Shown: in pieces, positions 47,068-55,659 of the stretch
How the letters are laid out: every line of letters begins with the position of its first letter
How positions within the stretch are numbered: position 1 is the stretch's first letter
Source of the DNA: an uncultured Muribaculaceae bacterium
GTDB taxonomy: Bacteria > Bacillota_I > Bacilli_A > RF39 > UBA660
NCBI GenBank assembly: GCA_964630365.1
Contig: CAZVUP010000001.1
Coordinates: 3,816-67,815, forward strand
Length of the DNA stretch: 64,000 nt
Direction of reading: 5' to 3'
Made by a program: the position numbers and the translations under genes
The notes under the pieces: generated by a model
Database searches by the model: none
Seen by the model: the letters and a program-made list of their open reading frames with translations, nothing else
What the model was told of the DNA's origin: nothing

Positions 47068-49416
47068 TTATTCAGATTTTATAAAGTGCATTCCCGTCCA
47101 CACTTGAACTCTATCACCAGGATTATAATAAGTATTTTCAGAAGTACTATACCATCTTCCAGTAATTAATTTAGATAATGTATAATAATCCCCTTCTTTA
47201 ACCAAATAATTACTTTTAATCAACATATTGTCCTGATCAGTAGTAACCATCCAATATCTTTCATTATTTTTCATTATTGGCGGTAACAACATATTATCAG
47301 CTATAATACTATTTTTAATATAATCTTTAAATAACGCTAAATTCGTTCGATTGTCATTAAGAAGAATTGCTAACTCGCCTGCTCTAAATCCTTTATACAT
47401 ATAATATGGTAATACATCTTCTAAGTATTTATAATCAATAGTTTTAACTACTCTATCATTACTCCATGTAATATCATCATTAAACTTATATAAATTCGTA
47501 ATATCCGTATATCTATCTGTCGTTATAAAATCATCAGATACTATATTATAATATCTAGTTGACGCTACAAAATAATATTTTTTATTCTCATTAACCACCT
47601 CAATATTAGTAACACTAACAGTAGTTAACTTATCACCATTTAATTTCTTAACATTAGTACCAATATGAAAATGTTCTCTATCCTTAAAATTAACAAACTT
47701 ATTCTCATCGGCACTAAAGAATGAATGATCATTAAAAATACTAATAGTTGAATTATCACTAAAAGTAATTTTTATATATGAAGGAGTTGTATAAGCTTTT
47801 TCAATCCATAATGGATATTCTGGAACAAGTCTACCTAATTCATAGCTCCATACCATTAATAAATCATCATATTTAATATCTTCTATATTCTTATACTTAC
47901 CATTAGCTAGTAAAACTTTTGTACCTTCAATTAAGCAACTACCACCTTCAGCAGTTATAACAACATCACCAACAACATTTGGAATCGATACTCGACCATT
48001 ATTATATGTATAACTACCAGTACCAAGAGTTTGTCCGCCCATTGTAACAGTAATAGACTCAGGTAAAGTATTATTACCACTAGCTGTCATTGTACCAGTA
48101 TAAGTTTGATTACGATTTACTGTCGAAGTATTAGGACAATTCAAATTAGTACAACTAAAACTAACATTAAAAACCCATTTATAAGCATCCGATGTGCTAC
48201 GTGAAGCGTGCCCACGACCAGTCGTTGCTGAATTAACATAATCGCTACCACTATTACCACTTTCATCTGTACCACTAACAACAAAATAATATGTTCCCTC
48301 ACTAAGACCAGTAACAACTAAACTCTCACTATCATCACTAGTATTCATAGTTTTAACAACACTTCCACTATTATTAAAAACAGTCACCGTATAGAAAGAA
48401 ATATTTGTATCATCCTCACCACTCCAAGTAACAAGAACAGATCCAACATCATCTTGAATAACAGCATTAACATTACTAATGAAAGGTGGTGTTGTATCAA
48501 CATAAACAACTGTCTTATCAACCAATAAAGAAATTCTACCAGCATTTATTGCACTATCACCAGTAGGAGTAACATACACAGTAACACGCTCTTCATCAAC
48601 ATTATATTCATTACCTGCTAACTCTTTTACATAAAAAGTATAATTAGAATCTCCTCCAGCTGTAATAGTCTGTGTTGGATATGGATTTCCATTAGCATCT
48701 ACTATTTGAAAGTGATCACTACTAATTGAAATATCAAAAGTACTATCATAACTATAAGTACTTAAAACCCTAACAGAAAACTCTGCTGTATCAGGATTAC
48801 CCCTTAAATCACCTGTCGTTGGAGCATTCATAGATGCCAAAATATGAGCCGTTGTATCTTCTGCTACTTGTGGCGCAAAATCTCCATTAATAACAAAAGT
48901 ATCAGTATCTTGCTCACTAGATGGATTAGTAAAAGTAAACGATACCGTAAACGTCTTTGACTCCCCTGAAGATATAACATCACCAGCGGCAATACCAGTT
49001 ATTGTATATCCTACATAAGAAGAATCAATAAGTTCTCCATTACTCTGTCTATTAACAGTCATTGGATAACTAAGACTCGTATACACAAAATCATAAAAAC
49101 TATCATTTTGAATAGTAACATCAAACACTGCAACATATGTAGCACTCTGATCAGCAACAGTCGTAAATTTAAGTCCAAAATCAATAGAATTACCATTATT
49201 AATTACAGGATTAGAAATAGCATTAGTGTGCGTTCCTTGAGTAACACTCTTAATATAAATATCTCCCCCAGCTTTAAAGATAGATCCCCCACTTAAATTC
49301 AAAATTTGCCCATAAAGAGCAAATCCCACAGTCATAAAAAGTAATACAAAAACAGCAAAAAAAGAGATTATAACGCTGCTTTTTAATCTTTTCTTCTCAA
49401 CATACCTATTCATCAT
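47068..49416 (-). CDS. Large secreted cargo protein: shared leader/TasA-like module, Fn3-like and Ig-like domains, Hint domain, unknown C-terminal domain
   Basis: Leader ...VGFALYGQILNLSGG. Fn3-like PPFISNV...VTWSG...GTYYFVVSGTDESGN. Hint block A GSCLIEGTKVLLANGKYKNIEDIKYDDLLMV (Cys codon 47935-47937). Block B-like ISIFNDHSFF. ATG 49416/49413 after GAGGA. Confidence 0.65.
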   Translation of the reverse strand: MMNRYVEKKRLKSSVIISFFAVFVLLFMTVGFALYGQILNLSGGSIFKAGGDIYIKSVTQGTHTNAISNPVINNGNSIDFGLKFTTVADQSATYVAVFDVTIQNDSFYDFVYTSLSYPMTVNRQSNGELIDSSYVGYTITGIAAGDVISSGESKTFTVSFTFTNPSSEQDTDTFVINGDFAPQVAEDTTAHILASMNAPTTGDLRGNPDTAEFSVRVLSTYSYDSTFDISISSDHFQIVDANGNPYPTQTITAGGDSNYTFYVKELAGNEYNVDEERVTVYVTPTGDSAINAGRISLLVDKTVVYVDTTPPFISNVNAVIQDDVGSVLVTWSGEDDTNISFYTVTVFNNSGSVVKTMNTSDDSESLVVTGLSEGTYYFVVSGTDESGNSGSDYVNSATTGRGHASRSTSDAYKWVFNVSFSCTNLNCPNTSTVNRNQTYTGTMTASGNNTLPESITVTMGGQTLGTGSYTYNNGRVSIPNVVGDVVITAEGGSCLIEGTKVLLANGKYKNIEDIKYDDLLMVWSYELGRLVPEYPLWIEKAYTTPSYIKITFSDNSTISIFNDHSFFSADENKFVNFKDREHFHIGTNVKKLNGDKLTTVSVTNIEVVNENKKYYFVASTRYYNIVSDDFITTDRYTDITNLYKFNDDITWSNDRVVKTIDYKYLEDVLPYYMYKGFRAGELAILLNDNRTNLALFKDYIKNSIIADNMLLPPIMKNNERYWMVTTDQDNMLIKSNYLVKEGDYYTLSKLITGRWYSTSENTYYNPGDRVQVWTGMHFIKSE

Positions 49417-50434
49417 AATCCTCTTTTTCAATTACATATTCCCAAGCCATATGTTCAAATATAATAACAAATCTTGTTCTATTCTTTTCTTGAACATAAT
49501 TAATTGGCGTTCTAACGTCATTATAAACTACTAACAAATCATCAAAAGAACTAACTTCTACTAAATTAAATTTACTTAGTTTTAATTCTTTTACTTTTAC
49601 CATAATACTACCATAATCATTAGTAATCTTAATAACATTTCCATTATAACTATCTAATTTCTTATTCTTAGCTAACCATACAAAATGCTTAAACACAACA
49701 TAGAATAATCCAAAGATATCTATTAAGAATAATATCTTAAAGATAATATGCTTTAAATCATTAAGTCTTACTTTACGAGTTATTTCTTTTTGTTTATTAT
49801 TTTGATCAGTATTAATAACACCCTCTACTGCTACTTTAGATAAAGGTATTTTTACACTTATTTCAGAATTAACAGGAATAGTATCTTCAGCACTAACTTG
49901 TGGTTTACCATCAACAACAAGTGCAAGTTTCAAGAATCCATCACTACTCAAATTATAAGTATCAACAAATGATAATAATAATTCATTATATTTCTGATAA
50001 TCAATATTAATTGACTCAGATATTTCACAATCTTCTTCACCAAATAAATATTTAGTTCTGATATCAGTTAAATTAAAACTCTTCTCCCAATAAGTACCAA
50101 CTTGATTATTTGTCTTTTCAGCACTAACTGTTGCTACTATATGATATTTTAATTCACCATCAACAGGAGTATTAAATAATACTTTATATTTATAATCAAC
50201 AACTAAATGATCTATCAAACTAGTAATATAGGTTTTATCTTTACCAAGAAAAGGTTGATCAAAGAAATTATTTTCTTTTAGATATACTTTATAATCAATA
50301 CTATTATCTTCATTGTAAGAGTATTTTATATCTTGGCAATCATTGAAACCAATGGAATAAAATACTAAACCAAGAATGACTAGTACTGCAACATATACCC
50401 AAAAATAATCTGTTGACCTTTTCTTTACTAGCAC
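49406..50434 (-). CDS. Bitopic accessory membrane protein A (DUF5305-like)
   Basis: NEDNSIDYKVYLKENNFFDQPFLGKDKTYITSLIDHLVVDYKY. TMs at about residues 10-28 and 229-250. GTG start with AAGGAGTG upstream. Overlaps the next gene by 11 nt. Confidence 0.55.
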   Translation of the reverse strand: MLVKKRSTDYFWVYVAVLVILGLVFYSIGFNDCQDIKYSYNEDNSIDYKVYLKENNFFDQPFLGKDKTYITSLIDHLVVDYKYKVLFNTPVDGELKYHIVATVSAEKTNNQVGTYWEKSFNLTDIRTKYLFGEEDCEISESINIDYQKYNELLLSFVDTYNLSSDGFLKLALVVDGKPQVSAEDTIPVNSEISVKIPLSKVAVEGVINTDQNNKQKEITRKVRLNDLKHIIFKILFLIDIFGLFYVVFKHFVWLAKNKKLDSYNGNVIKITNDYGSIMVKVKELKLSKFNLVEVSSFDDLLVVYNDVRTPINYVQEKNRTRFVIIFEHMAWEYVIEKEDYDE

Positions 50435-50439
50435 CTATA

Positions 50440-51594
50440 TCACTCCTTTCTTAAAAATTCATTAAACCAAACCGTTGGCCACCCTATATATTTACAAACA
50501 TAGATAACTTTACCAATAATATCTTCTTCTTCAATTAAATAACCATCTTCATTGTTATTGGCATCTCCTTTAGTATAGAAGAAAACTTGTTCCTCATATT
50601 CAACCTTTTTAACAACCCTATGAGCAATAATTTTACCACTCTTTTGATAGATTAATATTTCCCCAACTTCAGTATCTTTAGGATTTTTCTTATCAACCAA
50701 TACTGCATCTCCCTTATAGTAAACAGGTATCATTGAGTTTGATGCTATCGCAATCAATTGATATCTAAGTATTCCAGAAACTAGTATTGTTAAAATAATT
50801 AAAGCTACAACTAAAGGTCTAGTCATAAACCCAACACTAAATTTATTCTCTTTTCCTCTTCTTCTATCTAATCTATTTATTTTAACGATATATTTTCTAT
50901 CTGCTAAATAAATAACAAAAGGTATTAATATATGCATAGTCCCATATAAATACTCATTTAAATTAGCGAAGAATGGAAATATATATATATAACATTTAGC
51001 CAATACCTTGAATACTAAACTAGGTAATAGACCAAAATTATATGTCATATAACTACATAATAATTCCTGTGCAATTATAGGAAAAATAGTTATAGAAATA
51101 AAAATGAACCATTTAAGTTTATTATCAAGAAATCCTATATTCATCTCTAATAATATATTCAATATAATTAACAAAATAGTTAATATAACAATTTCACTTT
51201 TATTTATATAAGTACTTTTAATAAGAGTATATCTAAAAACCTCTTCAACCACTAAAAATATAAGTACAGGAATAAATCCATTTAATACTTTATCAACATC
51301 AAGTGAAAATGCTGTTTTAGAAAATCCAATTAAAATTCCAAGCAAAAAACAAATAAAGAAAAATCCTACAAAAACAGAAATTTCTATTTTTATAGCTGTC
51401 TCTCTATCAAAAGAATTATCCTTCTTATAACCTAAGAAGTAAATTGCCGGAATAAGTAAAATTACTAAAAAGCATACAATTACAAAGCTTCTACCAAGAG
51501 GATTATTATAGTTAGACATTAAAAGGAAATATAATACTTCAAATATTAATAAAGCTATCTCAAATATATAAATCCTTTTAAGTCTAACCTTCAT
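50440..51594 (-). CDS. Polytopic membrane domain fused to a SipW-type signal peptidase, copy A
   Basis: About 260 aa with about 7 TMs, then IASNSMIP, IAHRVV, TKGDANNNEDG, YIGWPTVWFNE. Confidence 0.7.
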   Translation of the reverse strand: MKVRLKRIYIFEIALLIFEVLYFLLMSNYNNPLGRSFVIVCFLVILLIPAIYFLGYKKDNSFDRETAIKIEISVFVGFFFICFLLGILIGFSKTAFSLDVDKVLNGFIPVLIFLVVEEVFRYTLIKSTYINKSEIVILTILLIILNILLEMNIGFLDNKLKWFIFISITIFPIIAQELLCSYMTYNFGLLPSLVFKVLAKCYIYIFPFFANLNEYLYGTMHILIPFVIYLADRKYIVKINRLDRRRGKENKFSVGFMTRPLVVALIILTILVSGILRYQLIAIASNSMIPVYYKGDAVLVDKKNPKDTEVGEILIYQKSGKIIAHRVVKKVEYEEQVFFYTKGDANNNEDGYLIEEEDIIGKVIYVCKYIGWPTVWFNEFLRKE

Positions 51595-51618
51595 AATCAC
51601 ACCATCTTTATATTAAAA

Positions 51619-52197
51619 TTAAGCTACATCTTCATAAAGAAAAGATCCATTAATTGTAATTGTTTTATCTTCTGTTGGTAAATCTGCTTGTGGAATATCT
51701 TCTTTATTTTTATAAGTAATAGTTAATGTTACATCTTTTGTAGCACCATTTTCATTAATTACATTAGATAAACCTGTTGCATTAGTAGTATAATCTGCTC
51801 CATCATAAGTAAGTTTACACTCAGCAAATTTTTGTTGATCAGCTGTTAAACCACTAAAATTAATAGTAGTAAGTTTTGCTTTAATAGTACCATCATTAAC
51901 AACTTTCCACTTTGCAACATAAGTATCACCTGGTTTATTCAAAGTTACATTGAAAGTAAAATCAGTATTTGTTAAACTACTTGATTGAGCAACATCAGCT
52001 GTACCACTTTCTTGTAAAGTTCCTGATTTATAATGAACATTCCAAGCATTTTTGAAAACAGCTTTACTTGAAGTACCACTAGCTCCACCACCGATATTTA
52101 ATGTTGTAGAATATAATGCGAAACCTACAGCCATGAATAATAGTACTGCTACCAATAAAATAATAGTCTTTCTTTCACTCTTTTTACTTTTTCTCAT
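51619..52197 (-). CDS. TasA/camelysin-like secreted protein A (candidate major subunit)
   Basis: Start MRKSKKSERK (ATG 52197, AGGAGG 7 nt upstream). Leader ...VGFALYSTTLNIGGG. FTFNVTLNKPGDTYVAKWKVVNDGT resembles TasA NLSNLKPGDKLTKDFQFENNGS. Confidence 0.6.
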   Translation of the reverse strand: MRKSKKSERKTIILLVAVLLFMAVGFALYSTTLNIGGGASGTSSKAVFKNAWNVHYKSGTLQESGTADVAQSSSLTNTDFTFNVTLNKPGDTYVAKWKVVNDGTIKAKLTTINFSGLTADQQKFAECKLTYDGADYTTNATGLSNVINENGATKDVTLTITYKNKEDIPQADLPTEDKTITINGSFLYEDVA

Positions 52198-52245
52198 CTT
52201 CATACCTCCTCTATTATATAAATTTAACATTTTTCGACATATTTC

Positions 52246-52274
52246 ACAATATTTTTATTAAAAATTTGTTGCAA
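52246..52274 (-). promoter_or_regulatory. Candidate promoter of cassette A
   Basis: TTGCAA, 17 nt, TATTGT on the minus strand. The -35 box overlaps the preceding terminator T-run. Confidence 0.3.
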
Positions 52275-52324
52275 AAAAAAATATTTGTGATATAAGGCAT
52301 TCCCTATTAAAAAACCACAAATAT
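52272..52324 (-). terminator. Terminator ending the seven-paralog array
   Basis: 9-bp outer stem ATATTTGTG/CACAAATAT plus an inner ATAGGG/CCTTAT helix, followed by T9 on the minus strand. Confidence 0.5.
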
Positions 52325-53149
52325 TTATTTTTTGTTGTATATATATACTTTATCAACTTCAACCATTTCATCTTGACCGGTGTATTCTTCAAATTTTATG
52401 TCTTTCTTATGCGGAGGTGCATAAACAGCTACTTGCCCATGCTCAGTTAAATGAGGTTGTACCTTATCATCTAAAAAACTAGTTAATGTAGTAAATTGCT
52501 CATTACTAAAATAGTCTGTTATATTCGACATAAAAACAGCATCATATTTTTCATCAGAACTAAGTTTAGAAATAAAGTCATGAAATGTAGCATGATGTAA
52601 TCTAACATCTACCCTTTCCAAGTTATCCCTTGTAACATAATAGTTTTCATCAAAAGCAAAACATCTAAGTCTACTATCAATAAAGAATTGTAAGAAGATA
52701 AATCTAGATTTATTATTTTTTAAATTTCCGCTTTGATATAATGTATCCCAAAATATTAGTGAATCTAAGTCCAACTCTTCTCTAATTTTTAAATATATAT
52801 TCAAATCAAATATCTCAGAAGGATCTCTAAAACCAAAAAAGTATGCAAATTCATCTTGACTTAAAGTTTTTAAAGCCGCTAATTTTAACTTTATCAAATA
52901 TATCTGAAATCTATTTTTATCAAAAGCATCTACTTCTTTTGCTCCACTATAAACAGCTTGTAAGATATGATCTCCACTGCCAGCAACAGTTAATACTTTC
53001 GCACCATCTAACTTAAACTTATCATAATAAATTGATAAAGCTTCATTTGTTCGAATATAAATTTTTCCATAATTTTTTGGATATTTCTGAAAATAAACAT
53101 CATTTAACATATTTATAGCAACTTCAATATCTCGTGGTAATTCCTTCAT
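52325..53149 (-). CDS. DUF3419/BtaA-like SAM-fold protein, array member 7
   Basis: IYIRTNEALSIYY, KVLTVAGSGDHILQAVYSGAKEVDAFDKNRF, KLKLAALK, FWDTLY, YDAVFMSNITDY, VAVYAPP. Confidence 0.6.
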   Translation of the reverse strand: MKELPRDIEVAINMLNDVYFQKYPKNYGKIYIRTNEALSIYYDKFKLDGAKVLTVAGSGDHILQAVYSGAKEVDAFDKNRFQIYLIKLKLAALKTLSQDEFAYFFGFRDPSEIFDLNIYLKIREELDLDSLIFWDTLYQSGNLKNNKSRFIFLQFFIDSRLRCFAFDENYYVTRDNLERVDVRLHHATFHDFISKLSSDEKYDAVFMSNITDYFSNEQFTTLTSFLDDKVQPHLTEHGQVAVYAPPHKKDIKFEEYTGQDEMVEVDKVYIYNKK

Positions 53150-53162
53150 AAGGCACCCCCAT

Positions 53163-53975
53163 TTATAATTTACTTTTTATATAAACTTTTTGCTTATCTA
53201 AATAAGTATCTTCAGTATAGTCTTCGTATTGTACTACATCACTCAGAGTCGGTACATATACTGCCATTTTGCCACCTGTTTCTAAGTTTTTACTTAAAAC
53301 ATGCAATACATAATCCTTAAATTCATTCTTTTCTACAAAAGTTAACCAATCATAAATATTAGATAGAAATATTGCTTTATAAGAATCTGTAAGCACTCCA
53401 CCTAAATCAAATAAATCACTCAAATAATAGCCAATAGATACATCATCTATTTTTTCCCTAATAGAATAATAATTTGCACTATCCCTGTAACTATCTATCC
53501 CCAAATCATGACGTTGTGGTCCAAAAACAATTCTATGAATATTTTTTATATTACCATCTTGATATAAACTATCCCAAAACAACTGAGCATCATCAGCTAA
53601 ATAATCAGAAAACTTCTCATAAATTCTTAGGCTCATAAAATCAAAAGCTCCATTATTTAATGAAAAAAAGTTTTCAAAATCTTCATGACTTAATGTTTTT
53701 ATAGCAGCAACCTTTAATTTAACAACATATAAAGCAAATCTATTATGATCAAACACATCTACTTTTTTTGCTCCTTCATGTACTGCTTGCAAAAGATGAT
53801 CTCCACTTGCCGCAACTGTTAAAACTTTTTCACCAGAAATTGAAAATTTTTTATAATAAGTTGATATTTGCTCATTTGTATTTAAAAAAGCTTTTGAATA
53901 AGTAGACGGAAAAATATAATTTATATCATTTAAAGTTCTAAGCGCAACTGCAATATCTTTTTTTACTTGATTCAC
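53163..53975 (-). CDS. DUF3419/BtaA-like SAM-fold protein, array member 6
   Basis: Same motif set (FLNTNE, VLTVAASGDHLLQAV, VDVFDHNRF, KLKVAAIK, FWDSLY, AIFLSNIYDW, MAVYVP). GTG start with GAAGGGGT SD. Confidence 0.6.
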   Translation of the reverse strand: MNQVKKDIAVALRTLNDINYIFPSTYSKAFLNTNEQISTYYKKFSISGEKVLTVAASGDHLLQAVHEGAKKVDVFDHNRFALYVVKLKVAAIKTLSHEDFENFFSLNNGAFDFMSLRIYEKFSDYLADDAQLFWDSLYQDGNIKNIHRIVFGPQRHDLGIDSYRDSANYYSIREKIDDVSIGYYLSDLFDLGGVLTDSYKAIFLSNIYDWLTFVEKNEFKDYVLHVLSKNLETGGKMAVYVPTLSDVVQYEDYTEDTYLDKQKVYIKSKL

Positions 53976-53977
53976 TT

Positions 53978-54802
53978 TTAACCCCTTCTCTCATAAACAT
54001 ATACTTTTCTATCTAACTCTTGTTGACCAATATATTTTTCATAATTAAATCCCTCATTATGATGCGGAACATATACTGCTACTCTAGCTTCTGGATTTAA
54101 ATGGCTATTTAAATCCTTCATAATAAATCTAGGATAATTTTTTTTACCCCATCCCATTAAATAATCATAAATATTAGATAAAAATACGGCACCATATTTT
54201 AGATCACTTTGAATACTATCTAAAACACCATAAATATCACTATGACAATAAGTGATTTCTACATTTTCTAAAAGTGTTTTTGTCATCCAGAAATTATCTT
54301 TCTCATCATATCTTTCAGCTGTTCTATCAAATCTAGAACTTAAAAAAGTCATATACCCATGCCAACTAATAAACCCAGCCTTATACATTGCATCCCAAAA
54401 CATAGCTGTTTCTTCATCTAAATAATCACGTATTTTTTTATAAAGATTAAAACTAAAATTCTCCCTAAATTTAGCATAATTATAAAAATTAAGAAATTCT
54501 TTTTGACTTAAAGCTTTAACAGCAGCAATCTTTAATTTAGCTGCATATATAGCAAACTTATTTTTATCAAATGAATCAATTCTCTTCGCCCCATAATAAA
54601 CAGCTTGTAATATTTGATCTCCTCCAGAAGAAACCGTTAAAACATTTCCTCCATCTATTGGAAAAAATCTATAATATTCAGATAAATTTTCATTAGTATT
54701 AACATAAATTGTTCCATACCCATCAGGAAAAGTATATGGACAAGGTGAATGTAAACAATCAACACCAATTTTTATATCTTTTTCTACTTCTTGTAAACTC
54801 AC
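53978..54802 (-). CDS. DUF3419/BtaA-like SAM-fold protein, array member 5
   Basis: Same motif set (YVNTNE, VLTVSSGGDQILQAV, IDSFDKNKF, KLKIAAVK, FWDAMY, AVFLSNIYDY, VAVYVP). GTG start with AAGAGGGTG SD. Confidence 0.6.
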   Translation of the reverse strand: MSLQEVEKDIKIGVDCLHSPCPYTFPDGYGTIYVNTNENLSEYYRFFPIDGGNVLTVSSGGDQILQAVYYGAKRIDSFDKNKFAIYAAKLKIAAVKALSQKEFLNFYNYAKFRENFSFNLYKKIRDYLDEETAMFWDAMYKAGFISWHGYMTFLSSRFDRTAERYDEKDNFWMTKTLLENVEITYCHSDIYGVLDSIQSDLKYGAVFLSNIYDYLMGWGKKNYPRFIMKDLNSHLNPEARVAVYVPHHNEGFNYEKYIGQQELDRKVYVYERRG

Positions 54803-54804
54803 AA

Positions 54805-55659
54805 TTACACCCTCTTAAATTCTTTTTCTAACTTTTCTCCTCTTTTTAAAGTATAAACAACTCCCTCTTCTCCATGAGAATCATTAATTGAACAAATCTC
54901 TGGATCAGGATTATCAAATGGTGCATATACAGCCATTACCCCATCATCAGTAAGATATTCAGAAAGTTCTACAATTAAATCAGAAAACTTTTCTCTTTCA
55001 TCTAAAATTAACCAATCATAAATATTTGATAAAAATATGGCATCATATTTTCTATTCTTATCCAAACAAGCCACTAATTCATATAAACTTAAATTAAAAA
55101 AATTAATTTCAGAATTATTTAATCTTTTCTTTGTCTTAGTATAAAAATAAGGACTAGAAAATCTTCTAAAACCATAATCTAAACATTTTGTAAATAAAGT
55201 ATATGACCAAGCTACAAGATTATTTCTATTATCTGAAAGCTGACCTTCAAAATACATCGCATCCCAGAAAGCTTTAACATCATTATCTAAATAGATTCTA
55301 ATTCGCATATAAGTATTAGTATTCAAAAAACCTTTTAAACTATAATAATAATTTATAAATTCTTCTCTTTCTAGTACTTTCAAAGCAGTTATTTTAAGTT
55401 TTGCAGCATATATAGCTATCTTATTTTTATCAAAGGCATCTACTTCTCTAGCACCATTACAAACAGCTTGTAATATATGATCTCCTCCTGAAGAGACAGT
55501 AAGAACTCTTCCACCTTTACATGGAAAAGCTCTATAGTACTTTGATAAACCTTCATTAGTATTAAAATAAACACTACCGTATCTATCATCCATTTTAAAC
55601 TTATGTGTCTTATCTAGAATAGAAAGTCCCTCTTTTATGTCCTCTTCTATATTTGACAT
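54805..55659 (-). CDS. DUF3419/BtaA-like SAM-fold protein, array member 4
   Basis: Same motif set (YFNTNE, VLTVSSGGDHILQAVCNGAREVDAFDKNK, KLKITALK, FWDAMY, AIFLSNIYDW, MAVYAP). Its ATG abuts the stop of the upstream small gene. Confidence 0.6.
   Translation of the reverse strand: MSNIEEDIKEGLSILDKTHKFKMDDRYGSVYFNTNEGLSKYYRAFPCKGGRVLTVSSGGDHILQAVCNGAREVDAFDKNKIAIYAAKLKITALKVLEREEFINYYYSLKGFLNTNTYMRIRIYLDNDVKAFWDAMYFEGQLSDNRNNLVAWSYTLFTKCLDYGFRRFSSPYFYTKTKKRLNNSEINFFNLSLYELVACLDKNRKYDAIFLSNIYDWLILDEREKFSDLIVELSEYLTDDGVMAVYAPFDNPDPEICSINDSHGEEGVVYTLKRGEKLEKEFKRV

Noticed and set aside
50440-51594. The N-terminal polytopic domain of the fused peptidases as a CPBP/CAAX protease or an exosortase
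   Set aside because: EEVFRY in copy A resembles EExxxR but has the wrong spacing, and copy B reads KEILRY. Candidate His/Arg/Cys positions (for example GTMHIL and LYRYVF) are not conserved between the two copies.
39860-52197. The GF(A/S) leader motif interpreted as a type IV pilin (class III) signal
   Set aside because: In prepilins the G-F cleavage site precedes the hydrophobic helix and is followed by Glu5. Here the hydrophobic core precedes GF(A/S)A and there is no Glu5. No PilD, ATPase or platform genes are present.
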